Origin: Dinoroseobacter sp. | GTDB lineage: Bacteria; Pseudomonadota; Alphaproteobacteria; Rhodobacterales; Rhodobacteraceae | Direction: 5' to 3' | DNA length: 64,000 bases | NCBI GenBank assembly: GCA_965279125.1 | Contig: CBDIHL010000038.1 | Location: 124,302-188,301, forward strand | Shown here: one piece after another, positions 16,228 to 25,427 of the stretch | Layout of the letters: every line of letters begins with the position of its first letter | Position numbering within the stretch: position 1 is the stretch's first letter | Program-made: the position numbers and the translations under genes | Notes under the pieces: generated by a model | What the model saw: the letters and a program-made list of their open reading frames with translations, nothing else | Told to the model about the DNA's origin: nothing | The model's database searches: none

Positions 16228-18404
16228 TCCGCGGGCTCCAATGTCGTGGCGGCGGGGCGCAGATCGCTATGGCGGTTTTGCAGCCAGCCGATGATGCGGC
16301 GCGAAATCCGCATGCGCATCTCGTCCCAGCGGTTGGGGTTCTCGACAATTTCGGTGCGGTAGAACGACGGACAGAGCACCGCCGCATGGGCCACCTCGCC
16401 GCAATGCCCACACCCCACACAGCTATCGACCACGGTGGCCACCGGATCGGTGCGCAGCGGATCGCGGGTCGGCTTGATCGACAGGGACGGGCAGCCTGAC
16501 AGGCGAATGCAGCTGTGATCGCCCGTGCAGGTCTCGTCGTCGATGCCGTAGCGGACCCGGACCATGCGCTTGCCCTCAGCGCGTTTTTTGGCAACCTCGC
16601 CGCGCATCCGGCGTTGTTTGGCGAGCTGGCATTCGCCATCGGCAATCACCACCTTCAAACCCGGCTTGTCAGTCGTCATCGCCTCGCGCAGCGTGTCGCG
16701 CATGGTGGCCACGGAATAGCTGCGGATGCGTTTCAGCCAGCGCACCCCGAGATTGCGCAGGGTTTTCTCGATATTGGCGTGGCTCTCGCCGCCCAAATTC
16801 GTGCCATGGCGAGTCTCTCCGGACGAGGGCAACCACTGAATGCCCGTGGCCGAGGTATAGCCGTTCTGCATGATGACCAGCACGCCGTCGCCTTTGTTGA
16901 ACAGCGACGAGGATACGCCTGTGACCAACCCGTTATGCCAGAACCCGCCATCGCCCATGATCGCGATGGGGCGCTTTTCGGACATGGGACCGACGCCTGC
17001 CGCACTCGCAAGGCTCATACCGTAACCGAGGATGGAGTTGCCGAGGCTGAACGGCGCAAAGGTCGCCAGCGCGTGACAGCCAATATCAGCGGCGACATGA
17101 ACCTTGCCGATGTCGCGCTCTAGCAGTTTGATCGCGGTGAAGACGGGGCGTTCAGGACAGCCCGTGCAGAAGGTCGGGGGGCGCTCGGGCACGGGGCCGC
17201 CGAGCAGATCGAGCGATCCCGCGCGCCACGCATCAAGGCTGTCGAGGCGTTGCTCAAGGGGCAGGGGCACCACGTCGCCCGTGCGCTTGCGCATCTCTTG
17301 CAGCCCGCGCGTCAGCACTTCGATGGTGTATTCGCCCGCGACCGGAAAGACCTCCTTGCCGAACAGGCGTGTCTGGATATCGGCGCGGCGCAGGATGGTG
17401 TTGATCTCGTCCTCGATAAACTCGGGGTTGCCTTCTTCGATGACCAGCACTTGGCTTTTGCCTTGGCAGAAGCTGCGGATCTCATCCTTGGCCAGCGGGT
17501 GGACGACGTTGAGGACTTTGACAGGCCAGATCGGCGCGCCACTTGCATCGGTCAGCCCGTGATGATGCATCGCGCGCATCAAGGCGTTGTAAAGCCCACC
17601 TTGCACGAGGATGCCGGTCTCGCCTGCGTCTGGCCCCATATCCTCGTTCAGTTTGCGGTCCATGATGAAACGCTCGGCCTCGGGACGGCGCACTTCGACT
17701 TTCAGCTTTTCTTGGTTAAACGTGGCCGGCGGATGGGCGAGGCGCGCATAGTCGAACTTCGGCGGTCCCGAGGCGCGGTTTTTACGCGACACGCCCCCCT
17801 CGCGGTTCTCTCGTGCTTCAAACTGGCCTGTGACGTGGCAGGCGCGGATGCGCAACTCCATGAAAACGGGGGTGTTTGTGGCTTCCGACAGCTCAAACGA
17901 GGTTTCGACCATATCGACGATATGCCCAAGCTCGGGGCGCGGATCCATCAGCCAGATGCCGGATTTAAGGGCAAAGGCGTGTGTGCGTTCTTGGATAACG
18001 GAAGCGCCTTCACCGTAATCCTCGCCCACCACAATGAGCGCGCCGCCCATGACGCCCGCAGAGGCCAGGTTCGACAGCGCGTCGGAGGCCACATTGGTCC
18101 CGACGATGGATTTCCAGGCAACCGCGCCGCGCACCGGGTAGTTGATCGACGCGCCCAGCAGGGCGGCTGCGGAGGCCTCATTGGTGCAGGTTTCCAAATG
18201 CACGCCAAGCTCTTCCAGCAGGTCCGAGGAATCGACCAGCACGTCGATCAAATGCGAGACCGGCGCGCCTTGATAGCCGCCCACATAGCTGACGCCGGAC
18301 TGCAACAGGCCCTTGGTGACGGCTAGAATGCCTTCGCCCTCAAACACGTCGCCTGCACCGGCGCGCAGTTTCGTGACCTCTTTCTTGAACGATCTCTCAG
18401 CCAT
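16224..18404 (-). CDS. iorA: indolepyruvate:ferredoxin oxidoreductase subunit alpha (TPP and 4Fe-4S binding)
   Basis: TPP-binding GDGGFWHNG. Ferredoxin-type Cys clusters (CTGDHSCIRLSGCPS; CVGCGHCGEVAHAAVLCPS). About 725 aa, typical of IorA. Confidence 0.85.
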   Translation of the reverse strand: MAERSFKKEVTKLRAGAGDVFEGEGILAVTKGLLQSGVSYVGGYQGAPVSHLIDVLVDSSDLLEELGVHLETCTNEASAAALLGASINYPVRGAVAWKSIVGTNVASDALSNLASAGVMGGALIVVGEDYGEGASVIQERTHAFALKSGIWLMDPRPELGHIVDMVETSFELSEATNTPVFMELRIRACHVTGQFEARENREGGVSRKNRASGPPKFDYARLAHPPATFNQEKLKVEVRRPEAERFIMDRKLNEDMGPDAGETGILVQGGLYNALMRAMHHHGLTDASGAPIWPVKVLNVVHPLAKDEIRSFCQGKSQVLVIEEGNPEFIEDEINTILRRADIQTRLFGKEVFPVAGEYTIEVLTRGLQEMRKRTGDVVPLPLEQRLDSLDAWRAGSLDLLGGPVPERPPTFCTGCPERPVFTAIKLLERDIGKVHVAADIGCHALATFAPFSLGNSILGYGMSLASAAGVGPMSEKRPIAIMGDGGFWHNGLVTGVSSSLFNKGDGVLVIMQNGYTSATGIQWLPSSGETRHGTNLGGESHANIEKTLRNLGVRWLKRIRSYSVATMRDTLREAMTTDKPGLKVVIADGECQLAKQRRMRGEVAKKRAEGKRMVRVRYGIDDETCTGDHSCIRLSGCPSLSIKPTRDPLRTDPVATVVDSCVGCGHCGEVAHAAVLCPSFYRTEIVENPNRWDEMRMRISRRIIGWLQNRHSDLRPAATTLEPAE

Positions 18405-18491
18405 CTTGCAGTCCTCGATTGCAGGTCAAACACCGTCGCCGTGACGTGGACCATACCCCCAAAATCGGCAGGCGTGCCGACAAAATATAGT

Positions 18492-18516
18492 TTGACACCC
18501 AACTAAATTATGTCAA
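18492..18516. promoter_or_regulatory. inverted repeat TTGACA-N13-TGTCAA in the iorA/TRAP divergent region
   Basis: 6-bp arms only. TTGACA also equals a sigma-70 -35 consensus. Candidate MarR site, but the statistical support is weak. Confidence 0.25.
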
Positions 18517-18581
18517 CCATAAAGCAGTGCCACAGACATAGCTTCGTCGTGTGGCGGTATTTTCTGGGAGGAGGATCACTT

Positions 18582-19598
18582 ATGAAGACGATGCAAAAAG
18601 GACTTGTCGCAGGCGCGCTGATCGCCGCGACCTTTGGAACGGCGGCCACTGCTGCCGAGCTGCGCTTTGCCAACTGGCTGCCCGCGCGCCACTTCTTGAA
18701 CGTCACGGGCTTTCCGGCCTGGGTGTCATCGCTGGAAGAGGCCTCTGGCGGCGAGATCACCGTTGCCACATTCCCCGCGCGCCAATTGGGCAAAGCCGCC
18801 GATCACTATGATATGGCCGCCAATGGCATCGCGGATCTGACCTTCATCAATACAGGCTACCAGCCCGGACGCTTCCCGATGGTGGGCGTGGCCGAGCTGC
18901 CCTTCCTGATCGACGATCCGGCCACGGGCGAGACCGAGGCGTTTGACAGCTGGTATCGCCAATATGCCGAGGCCGAGATGGCCGAGGTGAAGTTCTGCCT
19001 GACCTTCAATGGCGGCTTGCAGACCGTCCATTCCAACGAGCCGATCTTTGGCCCGGAAGATATCGACGGCAAACGCATTCGTCTGCCCAACCGCACGCTC
19101 GCCAATTACTTCGGCGCAATGGGCGCGACAAACATCCAGATCCCGGCCCCTGAAGCCCGCGAAGCGCTGGAGCGCGGTGTGGCCGACGCCATCTCGTTTC
19201 CCTGGGCGAGCCTGTTTCCCTTCGGTCTGAACGAGGCGGTCAAGAACCATCTCGACGTGGATCTGGCCTTCAACAACTTCGCGTTTGTGATGAACCAAGC
19301 CACTTATGACGGCATGTCCGATCAGGCCAAAGCGGCCGTGGACAGCCATTGCACCAGCGAATGGGCCGCGAAAATCGCCAGCGATTGGCTGGCGGGCGAA
19401 GCGGCGGGCAAGCAGCGCATCATCGACGAAGGTGGAGCGTTGAACACACCCAGCGCGGCGCAGTTGCAAGGCTTCCTCGACGGGGTTGAGGGCGTACGCA
19501 ACGACTGGCTGGCCGCAGCGGACGCGGCAGGCCATGACGGCCAAGCCGCCTATGACGCGCTGATGGAGGCGTTTGCCGCAACTCCGATGAGCAACTAA
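18582..19598 (+). CDS. TRAP transporter substrate-binding protein (DctP family)
   Basis: ATG 18582 is preceded by GGGAGGAGG. Signal peptide MKTMQKGLVAGALIAATFGTAATA. Followed by DctQ- and DctM-type genes. Confidence 0.85.
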   Translation: MKTMQKGLVAGALIAATFGTAATAAELRFANWLPARHFLNVTGFPAWVSSLEEASGGEITVATFPARQLGKAADHYDMAANGIADLTFINTGYQPGRFPMVGVAELPFLIDDPATGETEAFDSWYRQYAEAEMAEVKFCLTFNGGLQTVHSNEPIFGPEDIDGKRIRLPNRTLANYFGAMGATNIQIPAPEAREALERGVADAISFPWASLFPFGLNEAVKNHLDVDLAFNNFAFVMNQATYDGMSDQAKAAVDSHCTSEWAAKIASDWLAGEAAGKQRIIDEGGALNTPSAAQLQGFLDGVEGVRNDWLAAADAAGHDGQAAYDALMEAFAATPMSN

Positions 19599-19602
19599 GC
19601 CT

Positions 19603-20112
19603 ATGGCCCGCCTCTTTCAGCGGGTCGTCGCCGCGGTGGAGAACACCGCGGCGGCCCTCCTCTTCGTGGTGACGGTTTTGTCGTTTTCGGCAGTGGTGGC
19701 GCGCTATGTGTTCAACACCGGCATTCCCGACGCCTTCGACGGGGCGCGCTACCTGCTTGGGGCGGTGATCTTTTGGGGGATCGCGAGTGCGTCGCACCGA
19801 GGCGAGCATATCACCATGGATGCGGTTTGGGCCGTCTCAGGCCCGCGCCTGCGCTGGGTGATTGACGTGTTTGCCAATGCGGTCGTTGTGCTGGGCCTTG
19901 GCTTTTTGCTGTGGAAATTCTCGGGCAAGGTTGTCGATACGTGGAATTCCAACCACGGCACGGTTGACCTCGATCTGCCGGTGGCGGCGTTCTACGCGGT
20001 GGCTTGGATCGGCCTCGTCGCGGCTTTGGTCTTTGCCACAGCCCGATTGGTGCGGATTGCGCGCGGGACCGAAGCGCCCCCTGCGGTGCCCGAGCCCCAT
20101 GGTGTGGAGTGA
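19603..20112 (+). CDS. TRAP transporter small permease (DctQ family)
   Basis: 169-aa protein with four hydrophobic helices, located between the DctP- and DctM-type genes. Confidence 0.8.
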   Translation: MARLFQRVVAAVENTAAALLFVVTVLSFSAVVARYVFNTGIPDAFDGARYLLGAVIFWGIASASHRGEHITMDAVWAVSGPRLRWVIDVFANAVVVLGLGFLLWKFSGKVVDTWNSNHGTVDLDLPVAAFYAVAWIGLVAALVFATARLVRIARGTEAPPAVPEPHGVE

Positions 20113-20136
20113 GCTTTTTGACTTGGGACGTGCCTG

Positions 20137-21444
20137 ATGGATCGTGACATGATCGCTGTGGGGGGCTTTGCGCTCCTGTTTCTGTTGATGCTTTTGCGGG
20201 TGCCGATTGGCTTTGCTATGGGCATTTCCGGCGTGGCGGGCTTTGCGGCAGTGACCGGGTTCAACTGGGGGGTGGCGCTGAACCTGCTGTCCTCGTCGCC
20301 AATCTCGACGGCCACCCAGTACAGCTTTGCGCTGATCCCGATGTTCATCCTGATGGGTGCCTTTGCCACCGCCTCAGGCATGAGCCGCGAGCTCTTTGGC
20401 TTCGCCAACGCCTGGATGGGCCACCGCAAGGGTGGGGTCGGGATGGCCACGATCGGGGCCTGCGCGGGGTTCGCGGCGATTTGCGGATCTTCCGTGGCCA
20501 CGGCGGCGACCTTTTCCAAGGTGGCTTTCCCCGAGATGCGCCGCTTGGGCTATTCCGAGCGTCTGTCCTCGGGCGTCATCGCGGCAGGCGGCACGTTGGG
20601 CATCATCATTCCGCCTTCGGTGCCACTGGCGCTTTACGGGATCCTGACCGAGCAGGATGTGGGCCGTTTGTTTATTGCCGCGATCCTTCCCGGCATCCTC
20701 GCGGCATTCATGTATATGGTCACGATCCGCATCATCGCCGCGTTTTCGGGCGAGCAAATGGCGACGGTAGACAAGCCCAGCTGGTCCGAGCGTTTGCGCG
20801 CGCTGCGCGGTGTTTGGGCGATCCTGTTGTTGTTCTTCTTCATCTTTGGCGGCATCTATGGCGGCGTGTTCACCGCCACCGAGGCCGCTGCCATGGGCGC
20901 GATGGGGGCGTTGATCATCGCCCTGGTGCGCCGCAAGATGAGCCGCGCGGACTTCTTCGAGGCCCTGCGCGAGACCGTGCGCACCACGGCGGCGATCTTT
21001 ACGATCCTGATCGGCGCGCTGATCTTCGGCTACTTCCTCGCCATCACCCAAGTGCCGCAGAACCTGACCAATGCGATCATCGAGACCGGGCTGAACCGCT
21101 ATGTGATCTTATGCATCCTGTTGTTCTTCTTCTTGCTGCTGGGATGTGTGCTCGACCCCATCGCGATGATCTTGCTGACCGTGCCGATTGTGTTTCCGCT
21201 GATCCTTGAGCTGGGCTTTGACCCGATCTGGTTCGGCATCATCATGGTCATGACGGTCGAGCTGGGCCTGATCACACCGCCCGTGGGAATGAACGTGTTT
21301 GTCATCAAGAGCGTGCTGCGCACCGTGGGGCTGACAACGATCTTTCTGGGGGTCGCGCCCTTTATCCTGACGGATGTGATCCGACTGGGCATCTTGATTG
21401 TTTTCCCCGAACTCGTCACCTTCCTGCCCGAGCGGATGAACTAG
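20137..21444 (+). CDS. TRAP transporter large permease (DctM family)
   Basis: 435-aa polytopic membrane protein with DctM-like sequence (GFAMGISGVAGF..., LIPMFILMG, IIPPS). Confidence 0.9.
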   Translation: MDRDMIAVGGFALLFLLMLLRVPIGFAMGISGVAGFAAVTGFNWGVALNLLSSSPISTATQYSFALIPMFILMGAFATASGMSRELFGFANAWMGHRKGGVGMATIGACAGFAAICGSSVATAATFSKVAFPEMRRLGYSERLSSGVIAAGGTLGIIIPPSVPLALYGILTEQDVGRLFIAAILPGILAAFMYMVTIRIIAAFSGEQMATVDKPSWSERLRALRGVWAILLLFFFIFGGIYGGVFTATEAAAMGAMGALIIALVRRKMSRADFFEALRETVRTTAAIFTILIGALIFGYFLAITQVPQNLTNAIIETGLNRYVILCILLFFFLLLGCVLDPIAMILLTVPIVFPLILELGFDPIWFGIIMVMTVELGLITPPVGMNVFVIKSVLRTVGLTTIFLGVAPFILTDVIRLGILIVFPELVTFLPERMN

Positions 21445-21457
21445 GAGCCAGCGAGAC

Positions 21458-21958
21458 ATGACCAAAGCCGCGCTGATGCCTAATCCGCATGTCACGCCTG
21501 CTTCCGATGATCTGGATTTCGGCATCCTGCCCGATTTCATCGGCTATGCGCTGCGGCGCACGCAAACCGCGCTCTTTACCGATTTCGCCCGCGCAACCGA
21601 AGGGTTTGATCTGTCGCCGGGTCAATTGGGCCTGTTGATCTTGATCGAGGCCAATCCGGGCATCAATGCGGTGGCGCTCGCGCGGGCGGTTGGGATGGAT
21701 AAATCCAGCCTGACCCCGTTTCTGGCGAAGCTGGAGCGGCGCGGTTTGGTGGCGCGGGAACGCTCGGTGACGGACAAGCGGTCCTACCACATCGCCTTGA
21801 CCGATTATGGGCTGACCTTCTTGGGCGATATCAAAGGGCAGGTGATCGCGCATGAGGCACACTTGGCGCAAAAGCTCGGCCCCACGAAGACCGCACGTCT
21901 GATCGCCCTTTTGGCCGAAGCCGAAGATATCCTGCGCGCGCGGGACGCGGGCACCTGA
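21458..21958 (+). CDS. MarR-family transcriptional regulator
   Basis: Winged-HTH region LSPGQLGLLILIEANPGINAVALARAVGMDKSSLTPFLAKLERRGLVAR...DKRSYHIALT. Confidence 0.85.
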   Translation: MTKAALMPNPHVTPASDDLDFGILPDFIGYALRRTQTALFTDFARATEGFDLSPGQLGLLILIEANPGINAVALARAVGMDKSSLTPFLAKLERRGLVARERSVTDKRSYHIALTDYGLTFLGDIKGQVIAHEAHLAQKLGPTKTARLIALLAEAEDILRARDAGT

Positions 21959-21970
21959 ATGAAAAGGCAA

Positions 21971-22000
21971 ATCCCCCGCCTCATTTCTGGGGCAGGGGAT
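21971..22000. terminator. hairpin between convergent marR and sugar-transferase genes (possible bidirectional terminator)
   Basis: ATCCCCcGCC ...loop... GGCaGGGGAT, an imperfect 9-10 bp stem with no clear U-tract. Confidence 0.35.
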
Positions 22001-22030
22001 ATCCTTTGGAAGGGGACCTTCGGCGCGCGC

Positions 22031-22738
22031 TTAGACGGCACCGCGCCGCAACAGCACGGTCAGAACCGTCTGCATCAGGATTTGCACGTCGCGCACAAAG
22101 CTGAGATTGCGGATATAGGCCACGTCCAAGGCAACGCGCTCATCATAGCTGGTGTCGCTGCGACCGCTGACCTGCCACAGACCCGTCACGCCGGGGCGGA
22201 TGGATTTGTAAGCGGCGAAGTGGTGGCCATAAAGCACGCCTTCCTTGCGGGTGATCGGGCGCGGGCCAACCAGCGACATATCCCCCACAAGCACGTTCCA
22301 AAGCTGGGGCAGCTCATCGAGGCTGGTCTTGCGCAGGAATGCGCCAAAGCGGGTGACGCGTGGGTCGTTGTCGAACTTGTAATTCGCGTTCCACTCTTCG
22401 CGCGCAATCGGGTCCGAGGCGAGGATCTGAGCGAGGATCTCCTCGGCCTCCGGCACCATGGAGCGGAACTTGAGACAGCCAAACTCCTGACCATCCTTGC
22501 CAATCCGGGTATGGGCGAAAAAGATCGGGCCGCCTTGCGTGGTGTACTGGATCAGCGCGATGATCGCAAAGACAGGCGACAGCAAAAGCAAGGCAATGGC
22601 AGCCCCGCAGCGATCAAGCGTGGTCTTCAAGATACCCGTGGGCAGCGGCATCACGCGGGCGGATTTGACAGCCCCAAAAGCGGCGGTTGCGTTGGTCGGT
22701 GCAGCGGAAATATCAGCGGGCATGGCGGTGGTCCTCAT
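22031..22738 (-). CDS. polyprenyl-phosphate sugar phosphotransferase (bacterial sugar transferase, ExoY/WbaP C-terminal type)
   Basis: [41 protein letters not shown] ... [21 protein letters not shown]. Size resembles ExoY. Confidence 0.85.
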   Translation of the reverse strand: MRTTAMPADISAAPTNATAAFGAVKSARVMPLPTGILKTTLDRCGAAIALLLLSPVFAIIALIQYTTQGGPIFFAHTRIGKDGQEFGCLKFRSMVPEAEEILAQILASDPIAREEWNANYKFDNDPRVTRFGAFLRKTSLDELPQLWNVLVGDMSLVGPRPITRKEGVLYGHHFAAYKSIRPGVTGLWQVSGRSDTSYDERVALDVAYIRNLSFVRDVQILMQTVLTVLLRRGAV

Positions 22739-22857
22739 AAACTTGGCACAAATACGATTTGCTTACGTCTACAATTTGACACGTTTTCGCCTCTTTCTAT
22801 TAGCCACTTAGTTGGAAACAGACTGTTGAGGTCGCCTCCCAGGATTTGGGCGCGCGC

Positions 22858-22882
22858 AAGAAAAAACCCCGCATCAGCGGGG
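22858..22882 (-). terminator. Rho-independent terminator after the GT2 gene
   Basis: Minus-strand reading: CCCCGC-TGAT-GCGGGG followed by TTTTTTCTT, about 40 nt downstream of the stop at 22920. Confidence 0.7.
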
Positions 22883-22919
22883 TCCAACTCAGGTCGGGGT
22901 TTTGAAGATGCAGGCCGCG

Positions 22920-23849
22920 TTAGTTTTGTGCAGGGGCCTGCCACATCTCGATCCGGCGGGGATCTGCCTGGCCCGACACAATGTCCCGGATCCCGATCAG
23001 GTTGCCCTTCAGGCGTGCCGCGCGATTGATCCAAGGCTCAGGCCGTAAGGATTTCGCCGTGTTGGCCGCAAGGTTCCGAGCCGCGCGCAACAGCGCATGT
23101 GTCCCGGTGATCGAGCCTTTGTGGTACAGATAATAGGGGTTCACGATCTGACTGTAGCCCAACCGCTCGCCATTGGTTTCACGCCCGCCAGTCGTGCCCA
23201 AATGCACGCCAGCAAAGGCATCGGTCAGCACTTTGCGCCCGGGCAATTGCGCCCCGAAATCGAGGTCTTCGAGCCAGCCATAGGCCGGCAAACGCTCGTC
23301 AAAGCGCAAGTCCATGATGGCTGCGCGGCGCACGGCCATGTTACAGCCATAGAGGCCAACATAGTCCGAGACCATAAATTCCTCTTTATTTTCAATGGCT
23401 TCGCGCGAACGGTCCCACGCATCGATCATCGCTTTGGCGTCAGACACCTTCACCCCTTGGGAATGAATGCCATCCGCAAGCAGATGCCCGGACATGCCCG
23501 ACACATCAGGTGAGTGCGCAAACGCCTTGGCGATGCCGTCCAGCGCAAAGCGCGACGGCAAGAAGTCGTCGTCAAAAAACACCACGATGTCGATATCCGC
23601 ATCCAAACGGTCCAATCCGGCGTTGCGTTGCTTGGTCAGGCCCGGCTTGGCATAGATCACTTCGCCGGGGATTTTGGGGTCCAGAAGGCTGTCCAAATCA
23701 AAGCGTGCATCATCGGGCGATGTGACCGCGAGGATCAGTTGCGCGGGTGTCTGAGACTGCGCGTTCAGGAACGGAATGAGACCTTGTAAGGTCTCAGAGC
23801 GGCCTTTGGAGGCGATGATAACGGCGGTCTTCAGGGCGGCAACGGCCAT
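22920..23849 (-). CDS. glycosyltransferase, GT-A fold (family 2-like)
   Basis: Start taken at internal Met (MAVAALKTAVIIASKGRSETL). DxD-type VVFFDDDF. The listed start 23960 adds a non-conserved-looking extension. Confidence 0.7.
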   Translation of the reverse strand: MAVAALKTAVIIASKGRSETLQGLIPFLNAQSQTPAQLILAVTSPDDARFDLDSLLDPKIPGEVIYAKPGLTKQRNAGLDRLDADIDIVVFFDDDFLPSRFALDGIAKAFAHSPDVSGMSGHLLADGIHSQGVKVSDAKAMIDAWDRSREAIENKEEFMVSDYVGLYGCNMAVRRAAIMDLRFDERLPAYGWLEDLDFGAQLPGRKVLTDAFAGVHLGTTGGRETNGERLGYSQIVNPYYLYHKGSITGTHALLRAARNLAANTAKSLRPEPWINRAARLKGNLIGIRDIVSGQADPRRIEMWQAPAQN

Positions 23850-24152
23850 ACTACGGTTCCTCGGACGGGGGTGTTCCCCAGTTATGAGTGGCGCGCATCT
23901 GCGGGCAGGGTCAAGACGATGACCTTGTGATAGCACCTGATTTCGGACCTGTGACGGCATAAGGTCAGCAATACTTGGGCAAAATTAATCACATTGCGAA
24001 AATCGCGTTTCATGCAGTGGATCGACAATCGCGGGATTTAACAAAAATTGTATTCAATCAGGGGATAGTCAGAGCGCGCCATGCGGGTAGCACCGCCTCA
24101 ATTATGTCAGCAATGAGTCGCGCTTGGTGCCCCCATGCCCGTCACAGTGTGG

Positions 24153-25427
24153 TTAATTCAAGGCAGCCGCATAGAGCGCGATCAAGCCCTCCGCCCAGCT
24201 GTCTTGCGTCATCGACAAGTTGGCCCCGGATGCAAAGCAACGGGCGCTCATCTCGGACATCTCAGCGGGTGGTAAGGCCATCAGCTGTGCGATCGCCGCC
24301 GCAACCTGATCGGCATCCTGAACGTTGAACGCAAACCCAAAGCCGCGGGCCTCGATCTCAGGCGCCATGAGGGCTGTGTCTGACACCAAGACCGGCAAGC
24401 CGCTTTGGATCGCCTCTGGCAGCACCAGCGCGAAGGGCTCGGGGTGGTGCGACGGCATGACCAACGCGCGCGCATCTTGCACCAGCGCCTCGATCTGATC
24501 GGGCGCGCACCAGCCCGACAAGATCACATCCGGAAATCGAGCGGCAATTTCAGCCCTCAAGGCGCCATCCCCGATCAGGCGCAGTTTCGTCTGCGTCTTA
24601 TAAGCGGCCTGCACCAAATCCAGCACACCCTTGTCGCGCTCCAGCCGCCCGACATAGACGAGCGTTTGGTTGTTCTCAGCGCGAATACGCGACAGGCTGT
24701 ACGGTTTTGCCGGATTGCGCAGCACGCGGATCACCTCGCGGGGATAGCCTGCACGCAGGAATTTTTCGCCCACATCGGGGTGGATGGTGATCAGCCCAGC
24801 CCAAGGCGCGCGGCGGTTCAGGTTTGAAAACAGGGAGGTGTGGCGCGCAACCCGCCAGAGTTTTTGCGGATAGGAGCGCTTGTCGCAATGGGTGGTGATG
24901 CAGGACGCGCTGAGCGGGCGGCGGGTGCAGACCTTACCGCGTTGATAGTCCATATACATCCCGTTGGGGCAGGCCAGAAAGGTGTCATGGGCGTGCAGGT
25001 AAGTGCGTGCGGCCAAGGGGCTCAGCGCGTTGAAAATGGCAGGCGACAGGATCTGCGCCCAGCCATGAACGTGGTAAATGGTGCTCGGGCTGTCTCGCCG
25101 CGCGATCACCTCGCGCACCAACGCCAAGGCCGCCCCATAATGCACACCGCGCAAGGCGGCTGTGCGACCGGGAAGGCTCAGAAGATCGGCGCTGCCCAGG
25201 GCGCAGACCTCGACCCCGAGCGCGTCGAGCTCGGGGTTTTCGCCTGCATCGCCACAGATGAAGGTCACCGGGATCCCTTGCGCGCGCAGATAGCGGATCG
25301 ACACCAGTGCCAGCGCCGCCGTGCCGCCATTGGAGGTGCTGTGATCATTGATCACCACAACGCGCGACGGCTGCGCTTGCTTTGGGTCCATCGCCTCGGG
25401 CGCGGACAGGGTGGCGTGCTGGTTCAT
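24153..25427 (-). CDS. glycosyltransferase family 4 (GT-B, group 1)
   Basis: C-terminal E-x7-E region SHHPEPFALVLPEAIQSGLPVLVSD. N-terminal GGTAALAL motif. Confidence 0.8.
   Translation of the reverse strand: MNQHATLSAPEAMDPKQAQPSRVVVINDHSTSNGGTAALALVSIRYLRAQGIPVTFICGDAGENPELDALGVEVCALGSADLLSLPGRTAALRGVHYGAALALVREVIARRDSPSTIYHVHGWAQILSPAIFNALSPLAARTYLHAHDTFLACPNGMYMDYQRGKVCTRRPLSASCITTHCDKRSYPQKLWRVARHTSLFSNLNRRAPWAGLITIHPDVGEKFLRAGYPREVIRVLRNPAKPYSLSRIRAENNQTLVYVGRLERDKGVLDLVQAAYKTQTKLRLIGDGALRAEIAARFPDVILSGWCAPDQIEALVQDARALVMPSHHPEPFALVLPEAIQSGLPVLVSDTALMAPEIEARGFGFAFNVQDADQVAAAIAQLMALPPAEMSEMSARCFASGANLSMTQDSWAEGLIALYAAALN

Noticed and set aside
18726-19544. 272-aa ORF antisense to the TRAP substrate-binding gene; similar ORFs at 20374-21051(-), 20481-21209(+) and 21109-21540(-) in and around dctM
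   Set aside because: Shadow or alternative frames of well-supported transporter genes, with R/G/H/D-rich nonsense composition.
21959-23029. 356-aa + strand ORF spanning the sugar-transferase gene and the next intergenic region
   Set aside because: It is antisense to a gene with strong family motifs. It also crosses a terminator hairpin and has low-complexity Gly/Arg composition.
23850-24152. 303-bp gap between the GT2 and GT4 genes, containing listed ORF 23975-24328(+) and loosely repeated GACCT(T)GTGA motifs
   Set aside because: The ORF overlaps the GT4 3' end in antisense and has no coding signature. The repeats are short and imperfect. The region is most simply the GT2 promoter.
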